A stretch of 64,000 bases of DNA from an uncultured Desulfobacterales bacterium (GCA_964452555.1 CAYVMI010000019.1:6288-70287); one strand, 5' to 3'. Counted from the first letter of the stretch, positions 18,477-26,940 are shown. Translations and numbers: made by a program. The notes: generated from the sequence alone by a model not told the origin.

Positions 18477-18546
18477 GCGACGGTCTTTCGCCCGCTGGGC
18501 GAAAGACCGTCGCGTTATAATAAAATCGTGAAACACGATTTTTTTT
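18477..18546 (+). terminator. Two further tandem hairpins (17-bp GC-rich stem; AT-rich stem plus U-tract)
   Basis: GCGACGGTCTTTCGCCC / GGGCGAAAGACCGTCGC is a perfect pair (18477-18513). AAAATCGTG / CACGATTTT (18522-18542) is followed by a T run. Confidence 0.6.
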
Positions 18547-18551
18547 GAGTT

Positions 18552-19658
18552 ATGAAAACAAAGATCAATTCAGCTTATCTTAAAAAATACCACCCTGCCC
18601 TCCTGCGCTGGTATGATAAAAATCATCGCAAGTTGCCCTGGCGGGAAACAGAAGACGCTTATTACATCTGGATCTCAGAGGTCATGCTGCAGCAGACTCA
18701 AGTTCGTACGGTTATCCCCTATTATTCCCGATTTATTAAAAGATTTCCCACTGTCCAAAATTTAGCCAATGCCCACCAACAAACCATACTAAAAATGTGG
18801 GAAGGACTTGGATACTACAGCCGCGCTCGCAACATGCACCGCGCAGCCAAAATTATAGTCCATGAATATAATGGCGTGATACCTCAAAACTGGACTCAGA
18901 TTCGTAGCCTGCCCGGCATAGGGGACTATATTGCCGCTGCTGTGCTCAGCATTGCAAATGACCAATCCTATGCGGTAGTGGATGGCAATGTTAAACGCGT
19001 TTTTTCGAGGCTTTTCTGTATAAGCTCACCCACAAATCATGCTTCCGCGAAAAAGGAGTTTAATCTCATCGCTGAAAAACTTCTCCATGAGATGGAATCA
19101 GGAAAATATAACCAGGCGGTCATGGAACTGGGGGCCTTAATCTGTACCCCAAGAAATCCTGGTTGTAATAGTTGTCCCCTCAACTTCCTATGTGACGCTT
19201 TCCGGGATTCCTCAGTTGCAGATTTTCCCCAGAGAAATAAATCCAAACCAACTCCATCCCATCTATTGGCAACGGGTGTAATTGTTAAGGAGAATAAAAT
19301 TCTGATAACTCAGCGGCCGGAAAATGGTCTTTTAGGAGGTCTGTGGGAATTTCCGGGAGGGCAGATTAAAGTTGGAGAGGACGCCCAAGAAGTATGCAAA
19401 CGGTCTATCAAGAAATCAACCGGGCTTAATATCGAAATACGTGATTATTTGACGTCCGTTAAGCACGCATATACGCATTTTAAAATAAAAATGGATGTTT
19501 TTCTCTGCCACACGAATTCATTTGCGGTCGAATTAGACGGACCGATGGGCTATCGCTGGATCGATATTGATGATATTCATAAATACCCATTGCATAAGGC
19601 CAATCACAAGTTTCTGCCACGTGTTCGTGACGCATTGAAGAACCTTCAGGCGGGTTAG
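18552..19658 (+). CDS. mutY: A/G-specific adenine DNA glycosylase with C-terminal NUDIX-like domain
   Basis: HhH-GPD core, Fe-S loop CTPRNPGCNSCPLNFLC, MutT-like C-terminal region. Confidence 0.92.
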   Translation: MKTKINSAYLKKYHPALLRWYDKNHRKLPWRETEDAYYIWISEVMLQQTQVRTVIPYYSRFIKRFPTVQNLANAHQQTILKMWEGLGYYSRARNMHRAAKIIVHEYNGVIPQNWTQIRSLPGIGDYIAAAVLSIANDQSYAVVDGNVKRVFSRLFCISSPTNHASAKKEFNLIAEKLLHEMESGKYNQAVMELGALICTPRNPGCNSCPLNFLCDAFRDSSVADFPQRNKSKPTPSHLLATGVIVKENKILITQRPENGLLGGLWEFPGGQIKVGEDAQEVCKRSIKKSTGLNIEIRDYLTSVKHAYTHFKIKMDVFLCHTNSFAVELDGPMGYRWIDIDDIHKYPLHKANHKFLPRVRDALKNLQAG

Positions 19659-19667
19659 AATGCTGTA

Positions 19668-19706
19668 TTTTGGTTTATTGGGTTCATTGGATTCGTTGAG
19701 TTAAAC
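19668..19706 (+). repeat. Solo GT-rich arm of the four-helix-bundle cassette repeat family
   Basis: TTTATTGGGTTCATTGG (17 nt) is the exact reverse complement of part of the AC-rich arm at 22956-22990. It ends in GAGTTAAACAA, like the left arm at 22504-22545. Confidence 0.6.
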
Positions 19707-19794
19707 AAATTGCTGGCATGCAATGACGTTATAAATAGGTCATAGCTGATAGGTCCTGGGCTCGTATTGCGTTCCGCTTTTGGTTTGATCGCTA

Positions 19795-19861
19795 TCGGTA
19801 TCGCTATCGGAATTGAAAAAGCAGGATCCGACACCGATTTTGATACCGATGGCGATACCGA
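19795..19861 (+). repeat. Hairpin of GATACCGA/TCGGTATC words
   Basis: 19795-19810 pairs with 19846-19861: 16 bp with a single U:G on the plus strand. Confidence 0.65.
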
Positions 19862-19933
19862 CCTCACAGCTACCTAACAGCCTACAGCCTAAACACCTAA
19901 AAGGCTGTTTGTTAATGGAGGTATCGTTAATTT

Positions 19934-20815
19934 ATGCGCGAACAACATTTCGGACCTATTTGGTTCATCCCCGGTGAAAATAAAGGTAAATATCCATTCT
20001 GCCATTCAATCTACCTCGAAGGCCCTGGCATCTTAATCGATCCGGCTTCGGATCGAAAGAGACTGATGGCCTTGAAGGACTCTCCGGGTGTTCAGGCGGT
20101 ATGGCTGAGCCATTGGCATGAGGATCATTTTCTGCACCTCGATTTATTCGAAGGTGTACCGCTTTCCATTACGAAAGCCGATGCCCCAACCTTATCGAGT
20201 ATCGAAGCTTTTTTGAATGGATATGGGGTTGAACCACAAGATCGCGAGATGTGGCGCAAACTGGCTGTGGACATGTTTCATTTTCGGCCAAGGAAACCCG
20301 ATCAATATTTGATTACGAATAAATCTCATCTATTTGGATCACTTAAAATAGATATATTAGCCGCCCCAGGGCATACCCCCGGCAACATCGCCTTGCATTT
20401 TCCAAATCAAGATGTACTTTTTATAGGCGATTATGATTTAACGCCCTTTGGGCCCTGGTACGGCGACGTGGATTCTAATATTCAGCAGACCATAGAATCA
20501 GTAAGGATGCTTCGCAAGTTTCAGGCCACAACTATTCTGACATCACATGAGCAGGGAATTTTCGAATCACCACCTGATGATATATGGAATCGATATCTGA
20601 ATGTTATAGCTGAACGTGAAAATAAATTGCTGGAGGCCCTGTCGACACCCTGCAGCATGGATGATATCGTCAATAAATGGATCGTTTACCGTAAGCCACG
20701 TGAACCGTTGCCGTTCTATACGTTTGCTGAAAAAGCCTTGATGCGAAAGCATTTAGCGGATTTGATCAATCGCGAGGTGGTTATAAAGGAAGACAGAAAA
20801 TATTCAAGGCTATAA
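19934..20815 (+). CDS. MBL-fold metallo-hydrolase
   Basis: SHWHEDHF (HxHxDH) motif with later His/Asp ligand contexts. Confidence 0.88.
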   Translation: MREQHFGPIWFIPGENKGKYPFCHSIYLEGPGILIDPASDRKRLMALKDSPGVQAVWLSHWHEDHFLHLDLFEGVPLSITKADAPTLSSIEAFLNGYGVEPQDREMWRKLAVDMFHFRPRKPDQYLITNKSHLFGSLKIDILAAPGHTPGNIALHFPNQDVLFIGDYDLTPFGPWYGDVDSNIQQTIESVRMLRKFQATTILTSHEQGIFESPPDDIWNRYLNVIAERENKLLEALSTPCSMDDIVNKWIVYRKPREPLPFYTFAEKALMRKHLADLINREVVIKEDRKYSRL

Positions 20816-20928
20816 AGCAGAGTGTCGATTGAAAGGTCAAAGCTGATAAGTCATAGGACTCGCATAATTACGCTTCTGCTCAAAAAGTTCAAAGAATTCA
20901 ACAATCCAAATAACGATAGAGACTCCAT

Positions 20929-21321
20929 ATGGATACAAAAATCAACAGCGTTGACTACCTGAGAAAAATAACCGTTTCCTTGGAAATGGGAACATCCGCG
21001 GAAGAAATGGATCTAAGTTCTGCGTCCAGTGAGTTTCAATTCATATACGGTGTTGGTACCCAAGGAATTTGCCTGTTCGAAAAGGCACTTTTTGGGAAAC
21101 AACCAGGGGAAGCCGTTGTCCTGCCAGTGGAAATTACAAACGTGAAAGACTTTTTCGGTCACTTGTTGCCGTCTATTCGCCCAATCTTGCCGCCAGCATC
21201 CTTTTTCTACTTAAAATCGAATTTAATTGCTGTCGATCTGGTAGAAAATCGGGAAGTTGTCCAGGCAATCGCTGACGGCAGGGGTTTATGTGCTTGTGAT
21301 TGCGGCTGCGGGTGTGACTGA
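20929..21321 (+). CDS. Hypothetical protein with an alternating-Cys C-terminal tail (CACDCGCGCD); possible degenerate FKBP/SlyD-like core
   Basis: 130-aa ORF. FQFIYGVGTQGICLFEKALFGKQPGE resembles the FKBP F-x-F-x-x-G-x-G...AL-x-G-x-x-x-GE pattern. Five Cys sit at alternate positions in the last 10 residues. Confidence 0.6.
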   Translation: MDTKINSVDYLRKITVSLEMGTSAEEMDLSSASSEFQFIYGVGTQGICLFEKALFGKQPGEAVVLPVEITNVKDFFGHLLPSIRPILPPASFFYLKSNLIAVDLVENREVVQAIADGRGLCACDCGCGCD

Positions 21322-21394
21322 TATGTGTCCGCTTTTGCAAAAAAACAGTGAACGCCCGTGGATGAATGCCCAAAATAAATCTTGAGGATAGGGC

Positions 21395-21610
21395 ATGATG
21401 CCGCCCCTAAAGATAAGGCGGATAACCGCGGCCTGGCTTAAAACAGGCATTGCAATGCAACTACGGGCTTACCCTTTTGGATCCATAATCTTTTCGGCTA
21501 GTAATGGCAAGCTTATCAGCACTGAACTGTTCGAATGCTCACCCGCAGGTGGTAAGGTGAGTCCCAATGCTGTGTTCAAATCCATGCTTGCAAAAAATAT
21601 CAAAAATTAG
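21395..21610 (+). CDS. Hypothetical small protein (71 aa), doubtful
   Basis: The only ORF in a 390-bp gap. GAGGA about 8 nt upstream. No recognisable motif. Confidence 0.25.
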   Translation: MMPPLKIRRITAAWLKTGIAMQLRAYPFGSIIFSASNGKLISTELFECSPAGGKVSPNAVFKSMLAKNIKN

Positions 21611-21712
21611 TAGATGCTGCTAAATTATTCATAATTACCGGCAGTTTCTCAACATATTGGTCAACCCAGCGAACTCAATGAAGCCAATAAGCCCGACAAA
21701 TCGCTAACAGCC

Positions 21713-22489
21713 ATGCAATCCGAAAAAATAGTTAGTCTTATCGTCAGTGAACTGACACAATATTGCGACAATGCCGGTCTGAGCGGCTTCGTGGTGGGTG
21801 TGTCCGGGGGCATTGATTCGGCGGTCACTTCCACACTATGTGCCCATACAGGTAAGCCGGTGATTGTGCTCAACATGCCTATCCGCCAGGCAAAACAGCA
21901 AGATTCACTATCCTCCCGGCATATGCAATGGCTTCAAAGTCGATTTGAGAATGTTCGCGGTTTGCGCCTAGATCTCACAAGCCCATTTGATTCCCTGCAT
22001 GCTACCTGGCCAGTTGAAATCCAAGATGATCTAACCATGGCAAACACACGATCACGACTGCGCATGCTGACACTATACGCAATAGCCGGCCACCATCGAT
22101 TTTTAGTTGCTGGCACCGGCAACAAAGTAGAAGATTTCGGTGTTGGTTTTTTTACCAAGTACGGTGACGGTGGGGTCGATATTTCTCCGATCGCCGATCT
22201 GTTAAAATCAGAGGTTGGCACGTTGGGTAAATATCTCGGTATCCTCGATGAGATAATCAAAGCACCACCGACCGATGGTTTGTGGGCCGATAATCGTACC
22301 GACGAAAGTCAAATCGGAGCAAGCTATCCAGAACTGGAATGGGCTATGGGCACAGCCGAACAAAACCCCGGAGATAAATTAACTCAGCGTCAGGAAGAAG
22401 TTATCTCCATTTACCGCAGATTTCGCGAACGCAACCGTCATAAAATGGAACCCATCCCGGTGATTAAGATACCGGATGAGTTTCGATAA
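21713..22489 (+). CDS. nadE: Ammonia-dependent NAD+ synthetase
   Basis: SGGIDSAV PP-loop; NadE-like length and sequence. Confidence 0.92.
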   Translation: MQSEKIVSLIVSELTQYCDNAGLSGFVVGVSGGIDSAVTSTLCAHTGKPVIVLNMPIRQAKQQDSLSSRHMQWLQSRFENVRGLRLDLTSPFDSLHATWPVEIQDDLTMANTRSRLRMLTLYAIAGHHRFLVAGTGNKVEDFGVGFFTKYGDGGVDISPIADLLKSEVGTLGKYLGILDEIIKAPPTDGLWADNRTDESQIGASYPELEWAMGTAEQNPGDKLTQRQEEVISIYRRFRERNRHKMEPIPVIKIPDEFR

Positions 22490-22503
22490 TAGCAACTGAA
22501 TGT

Positions 22504-22990
22504 TTTTTGAGTTCGTTGAGTTTATTGTGTTTATTAAGTTAAACAATGGGTATATCGATTAAAAGATTTGAAGAAATTGATGCATGGCAAGCATCACGAG
22601 AATTAACCAGATTCGTATATAGTGCAATCAACCGTAACGAAAGGTTTCGTAAGGATTTCAGGCTCTCAAATCAAATTCAAGGTGCAGCCATATCAACAAT
22701 GTCAAATATAGCTGAAGGATTTTCAAGAAAAAGCAATAAGGAATTTATTCAATTCCTATTTATTTCTAAAAGTTCTGCAGCTGAAATACAAAGCCAACTG
22801 TATATTGCACTTGACCAAAATTATATTGACGAAGCTACTTTTGATATCATCTACGAACAAGCTGAAAAGGTATCAAAGCTCAACTCTGGCTTCATAAAAT
22901 ACTTGCGAACTAAGATTTAATTCAGTGTAAAATTTATTCCATTTCAAATAAGTGGCAACTCAAATAACCCAATGAACCCAATAAACATAA
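22504..22990 (+). other. IVS-like cassette 1: GT-rich left arm, four-helix-bundle ORF, AC-rich right arm
   Basis: Left arm 22504-22541 (GAGTTCGTTGAGTTTATTGTGTTTATT) is imperfectly complementary to right arm 22956-22990 (CAACTCAAATAACCCAATGAACCCAATAAAC). Confidence 0.6.
22546..22920 (+). CDS. Four-helix-bundle protein (23S rRNA intervening-sequence protein / Avd-like family)
   Basis: 124 aa with SNIAEGFSR and SKSSAAEIQSQL motifs typical of the family. Paralog at 30651-31025. Confidence 0.9.
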   Translation: MGISIKRFEEIDAWQASRELTRFVYSAINRNERFRKDFRLSNQIQGAAISTMSNIAEGFSRKSNKEFIQFLFISKSSAAEIQSQLYIALDQNYIDEATFDIIYEQAEKVSKLNSGFIKYLRTKI

Positions 22991-23463
22991 AAGCCGGATA
23001 TTTCCCAGGCACCATCGGCAGGATTGCGGAAATGCATGCCCGCTATTATAGTTTGCATTGGAACTTTGGTGTCTATTTTGAAGCCAAAGTGGCATCAGAG
23101 CTGTCAGAGTTTGCTGGCAGATTTGATGAACAACGAGATGGATTCTGGACAGCTTGGGAGTCTGATCGTGTTGAGGGATCCCTAATAATCGATGGCATTA
23201 AGGCCGATTCAGAAGGTGCTCATTTGCGTTGGTATATCGTTTCCGAAAAGATGCGTGGTTACGGAACCGGCGACAAGCTTCTCTCCCTTGCTATGCAACA
23301 CTGTCGCATACAAAATTTTTCTAATATTTACCTTTGGACCTTTGCCGGATTGGACTCGGCACGGCACCTATATGAAAAACATGGTTTCAGCCTGGTTCAC
23401 GAACAAAGCGGCGATCAGTGGGGTACGCCGGTTACAGAGCAAAAGTTTGAGTGTTATCTCTGA
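22972..23463 (+). CDS. GNAT family N-acetyltransferase
   Basis: MRGYGTGDKLL acetyl-CoA-binding motif. Its ATG lies inside the AC-rich repeat arm (CCAATGAACCC). Confidence 0.85.
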   Translation: MNPINIKAGYFPGTIGRIAEMHARYYSLHWNFGVYFEAKVASELSEFAGRFDEQRDGFWTAWESDRVEGSLIIDGIKADSEGAHLRWYIVSEKMRGYGTGDKLLSLAMQHCRIQNFSNIYLWTFAGLDSARHLYEKHGFSLVHEQSGDQWGTPVTEQKFECYL

Positions 23464-23464
23464 A

Positions 23465-23555
23465 AAAGCTTGGATGCCGGGATGCCAGAAAGCTGGGATG
23501 CTGCCAATAGCTACAAGTAAGATGCAGCGTCCAGGCATCCTTGCTTTCCAGCTTT
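23465..23555 (+). repeat. Imperfect hairpin of GGATGCC / GGCATCC words
   Basis: 23495-23504 pairs with 23524-23533, GGATGCC 23480-23486 with GGCATCC 23534-23540, and AAAGCTTGG with CCAGCTTT. Confidence 0.5.
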
Positions 23556-23601
23556 ATAGCAAAGAAATAGCGAAAAAAATTTGAAGACAGAGATTGTTTA
23601 A

Positions 23602-24294
23602 ATGAAAACGACACAATTAAAAAGCAAAATTGCGAGGTTCATGCGTGGCTGGGGTTTTTCCATTATCGCCGCAGTATTGATCGCCACCTCATTTAAATCC
23701 GCCATTGCCGATTGGAATGATGTGCCCACCGGCTCTATGATTCCTACCATTCTCGCGGGAGACAGGGTGTTTATCAACAAGCTGTCCTATGGCCTAAAAG
23801 TACCCTATACTACCTGGCATATTTTACGGTGGCACACACCCAATCGCGGCGACATCGTCGTTTTTTATTCGCCCGTAGATGGCAAACGATTAATCAAGAG
23901 ACTAATCGGCATTCCCGGTGATGAAATTGCTTTGTATCGCAATCGCCTGTTTTTAAATGGCAAGCCGCTTCAATATCAAAATGCTCAAGAAAGCGTAAAT
24001 AAAAGCCGACTTTCAAAAATAGAGCATCAGTATCTAATTGAAAATTTGGCTGGAGTGCGGCACTCTGTCATGTTTACTGCGCTGAGAAGCCCGCTTGATT
24101 CCTTTGATCCCATCATCGTCCCTCCTAACAAAGTGTTTGTCATGGGTGATAACCGTAACAACTCGGCGGATTCACGCGTTTTTGGATTTGTTGAAATCGA
24201 CCAGGTTGTGGGTCGCGCTACGCATATCGCCCTAAGTCGAGAAGGATCATTTTTACATCCGCGGTGGCATCGTTTTTTTCAGAAATTGTTGTAG
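23602..24294 (+). CDS. lepB: Signal peptidase I
   Basis: N-terminal TM segment, GSMIPTI Ser box, KRLIGIPGD Lys box, GDNRNNSADSR. Confidence 0.92.
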   Translation: MKTTQLKSKIARFMRGWGFSIIAAVLIATSFKSAIADWNDVPTGSMIPTILAGDRVFINKLSYGLKVPYTTWHILRWHTPNRGDIVVFYSPVDGKRLIKRLIGIPGDEIALYRNRLFLNGKPLQYQNAQESVNKSRLSKIEHQYLIENLAGVRHSVMFTALRSPLDSFDPIIVPPNKVFVMGDNRNNSADSRVFGFVEIDQVVGRATHIALSREGSFLHPRWHRFFQKLL

Positions 24295-24452
24295 CAGAGA
24301 GTTTTTGAACTGAGATGGTGAGCGTATTCCACGTAGCGACTCGACTGAGGCCTTCGAGGGAGCGTTCTAATTCGGCAAGCTCATTCGATATAGCCGAAGT
24401 CCTCATCGAAGTCTTGCTGCAGGGTACGCTTCAATAACAGCATATCTATTGC

Positions 24453-24481
24453 TTGACAAAACGCAATGTATTCTTTAATGT
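24453..24481 (+). promoter_or_regulatory. Candidate sigma70-type promoter for the ABC transporter operon
   Basis: TTGACA (24453-24458), 17 nt, TAATGT (24476-24481). Confidence 0.55.
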
Positions 24482-24604
24482 TCCTTCATAGTTGAACATC
24501 ACATCATTTCATGAATTCCGTTTATTAAAAACAGTTGCCGACGCAAGCTAATTGCGTCAATATATCTCAAAAGGTTGTATTCAACTTTAACTGAGGAGGG
24601 AATT

Positions 24605-25795
24605 ATGCTTTCAAGAAGTCTCTTATTAATTATCTTAGCGTCAATTCTTCTCATTCCGAACGCTGTACTGGCAAAAGATCCCGGTATAACCGATGATGAA
24701 ATTGTTCTCGGCTGCACGACACCCCTGACAGGTCCTGCTGCTGGCTGGGGCATTACGATTTCAGGCGGCATGAAAGCCTGGGCAGAGCATGTCAACAGCC
24801 AGGGCGGTGTCCATGGCCGTAAAATTAAACTGATTATCAAAGATGACGGTTACAACCCGGCCAGAGCAGTGGCCAATTTGCAGGAAATGAAAAACAAGAT
24901 ATTTGCAGTTGTGGGACAACTTGGATCAGCCCCCTGTAATGCTGCCAAAGATTTTTACCCCAAAAACAAGATACCTTTGATTACGGCCTATGCCAGCCTT
25001 GGGATTTATGAACGCCAGCCCAAAGAGGCCAGGAAATATTATTTTATTTCCTATCCTGACTATGAAGATGAAACTGAATTCATGACCGAATATGCCATGA
25101 AGAGCCTGGGCGCCAAAAAGATTGCACATTTCTACCAAAACGACGAATACGGTCTGGGTGCCAATGCTGGAATAAAGAAAGCTTTAAAATCTCACTCGGG
25201 GGCTAATCTGGTGGCCGAAGTTCCGTATGAAGTAACCGAAAGGGCCCTGGGGACCCACGCACTTAAACTAAAAGAATCCGATGCGGATCTGGTGATCATG
25301 ACGAGTATGATCGGAACCGGCGCTATCATGACCAAAGAAATGGCCAAAATTGCATTTCGCCCCAAGGTCATGGGAAATTTTCCCATTGGTTTCCCCCTGA
25401 TGTATAAAGTGGCAGGTGAAACCTGGGAAGGAACCTACACCACCATGTCGGCCCATATGAGTCTTCCCGATTTTCATCCGGAAGCCGACAAAGTTACCGC
25501 TATTCTCAATAAAATCAACCCGAAACTCAAGGGCAATGAGTTTCTGTCACTTTTTGGGGCGGTTTCCATGATGCACTTTGTGGAAGGTGCCAAAAACGCC
25601 GGCAGAAATCTCACCCGCGAAAGCCTGATCAAGGGTATGGAGATGATTAAGAACTGGAAACCTGAAGGAATGGGAGCCCCCGTGACTTATGGTCCCGATC
25701 GTCATAATGGCTGTAATGCCGTATGGCTCCAAGTGGCTGAAGGCGGCAAACATAAACCTGTGATGAAATATGTGGAATTTCCTCCCAAATTCTAA
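24605..25795 (+). CDS. ABC transporter periplasmic substrate-binding protein (LivK / type I PBP family)
   Basis: Signal peptide MLSRSLLLIILASILLIPNAVLA. GAGGAGGG SD before the ATG at 24605, preferred to the TTG at 24575. Confidence 0.9.
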   Translation: MLSRSLLLIILASILLIPNAVLAKDPGITDDEIVLGCTTPLTGPAAGWGITISGGMKAWAEHVNSQGGVHGRKIKLIIKDDGYNPARAVANLQEMKNKIFAVVGQLGSAPCNAAKDFYPKNKIPLITAYASLGIYERQPKEARKYYFISYPDYEDETEFMTEYAMKSLGAKKIAHFYQNDEYGLGANAGIKKALKSHSGANLVAEVPYEVTERALGTHALKLKESDADLVIMTSMIGTGAIMTKEMAKIAFRPKVMGNFPIGFPLMYKVAGETWEGTYTTMSAHMSLPDFHPEADKVTAILNKINPKLKGNEFLSLFGAVSMMHFVEGAKNAGRNLTRESLIKGMEMIKNWKPEGMGAPVTYGPDRHNGCNAVWLQVAEGGKHKPVMKYVEFPPKF

Positions 25796-25822
25796 ATTGC
25801 TTGCTAATTAAAATAAATATAC

Positions 25823-25860
25823 TAGAGCTAAGGCAATACACGCCTTAGCTCTATTTTATT
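25823..25860 (+). terminator. Rho-independent terminator or attenuator after the binding-protein gene
   Basis: TAGAGCTAAGGC / GCCTTAGCTCTA is a perfect 12-bp stem followed by TTTTATT. Confidence 0.75.
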
Positions 25861-25978
25861 GATTGAATCCCAATGCGTTAAGATCTACTTGAGCCCTTAA
25901 ATCCTGGAGCCCTTTGATCCTTATGGATAGGGTACCACAGACAGTGGGTCTGATGCGGCATCTGGAAAGAAATTTGGA

Positions 25979-26734
25979 ATGTCTTTACTTGATATAAAAA
26001 ATCTGAGCATGAGTTTCGGTGGTATTCAGGCCTTGTCGGATATTAGCCTGTCGGTGGAACACGAAGAAATTTTGGCCGTAATCGGCCCGAATGGTTCCGG
26101 AAAAACCACCTTGTTCAACTGTATATCCGGTTCTTACCATCCTCAAGCTGGTGAAATTACATTTAATGGGCAAAAGTTATTGGGATTGTCACCAGATAAA
26201 GTCGCTAAACGCGGCATTGCCCGTACCTTTCAGAATTTACGCTTGTTCATGCATATGACGATTCTGGATAACCTCATGCTCGGGCGGCATGTCAAGTTTA
26301 AGAAGAATCCCCTGCATGCTTTTTTACGCCTGCGAAGCGAAGAGTTAAAACATCGTGAAAAAGTAGAAGAGCTGATCGATTTCTTACAGCTCGAGGCCTA
26401 TCGTATGGTGAGAATTTCTGATTGCCCTTATGGTGTTCAGAAACGCGCTGAAATTGGACGTGCTCTGGCTTTAGAACCTAAAATGCTCATGCTGGATGAA
26501 CCCATTTCGGGTTTGACGGCTGAAGAAAAGCAAGAAACCGCCTATTTGATTAATGAAATTCGTGGCCGGTTTAAGCCTACGATTCTATTGGTTGAGCATG
26601 ATTTGCGCCTGGCTTCGGTTCTGTCCGACCGCATGGTAGCCTTTGACACGGGGTTAAAGATCGCTGAAGGGACACCCGATGAAGTTCAAAGAAACCCTGA
26701 TGTAGTGCGGGCATATCTTGGAGAGGATGAATAG
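25979..26734 (+). CDS. livG: ABC transporter ATP-binding protein, LivG type
   Basis: Walker A GPNGSGKTT, Walker B MLMLDEP, LivG-type C-terminal extension. Confidence 0.9.
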   Translation: MSLLDIKNLSMSFGGIQALSDISLSVEHEEILAVIGPNGSGKTTLFNCISGSYHPQAGEITFNGQKLLGLSPDKVAKRGIARTFQNLRLFMHMTILDNLMLGRHVKFKKNPLHAFLRLRSEELKHREKVEELIDFLQLEAYRMVRISDCPYGVQKRAEIGRALALEPKMLMLDEPISGLTAEEKQETAYLINEIRGRFKPTILLVEHDLRLASVLSDRMVAFDTGLKIAEGTPDEVQRNPDVVRAYLGEDE

Positions 26735-26856
26735 CCTTGCGTTAGCCTGCTGGAAGACTATCCGGCGGGGATGCCATAAAGCTGCTAATTGCGAATCGTC
26801 TCTGGCGGCATTTAGGCATCCCGGTGTTCTAGCTTAACAGCTATTTTTCTACTTCT

Positions 26857-26940
26857 CTCAACAAACTCAACGAACCCAAAAAAATCAACCAACAAGACAA
26901 CTCAATGAACCTAAAAAAAACAACAAACTCAATAAACGCG
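26857..26940 (+). repeat. Solo AC-rich arm (CAACAAACTCAACGAACCC... words) overlapping the livF start
   Basis: Same word vocabulary as the right arms at 22956-22990 and 31059-31103. No local GT-rich partner was seen. Confidence 0.55.

Noticed and set aside
19655-19867. 70-aa minus-strand ORF with an IAIPIAI-type repeats product
   Set aside because: The peptide is just the translation of the GATACCGA-word hairpin and GT-rich arm. It is better explained as non-coding repeat sequence.
21313-21350. TGA stop right after the C-G-C-G-C-D tail as a possible selenocysteine codon (read-through would add YVSAFAKKQ)
   Set aside because: I found no convincing SECIS-like stem-loop in the 40 nt downstream, only a short TTTTGCAAAA palindrome. 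The extension is only 9 codons.
24218-24406. 62-aa minus-strand ORF overlapping the lepB 3' end, and a 19-codon frame ending DEDFGYIE
   Set aside because: It overlaps a well-supported CDS. It is too short and has no SD. The resemblance to antitoxin C-termini is only an impression.
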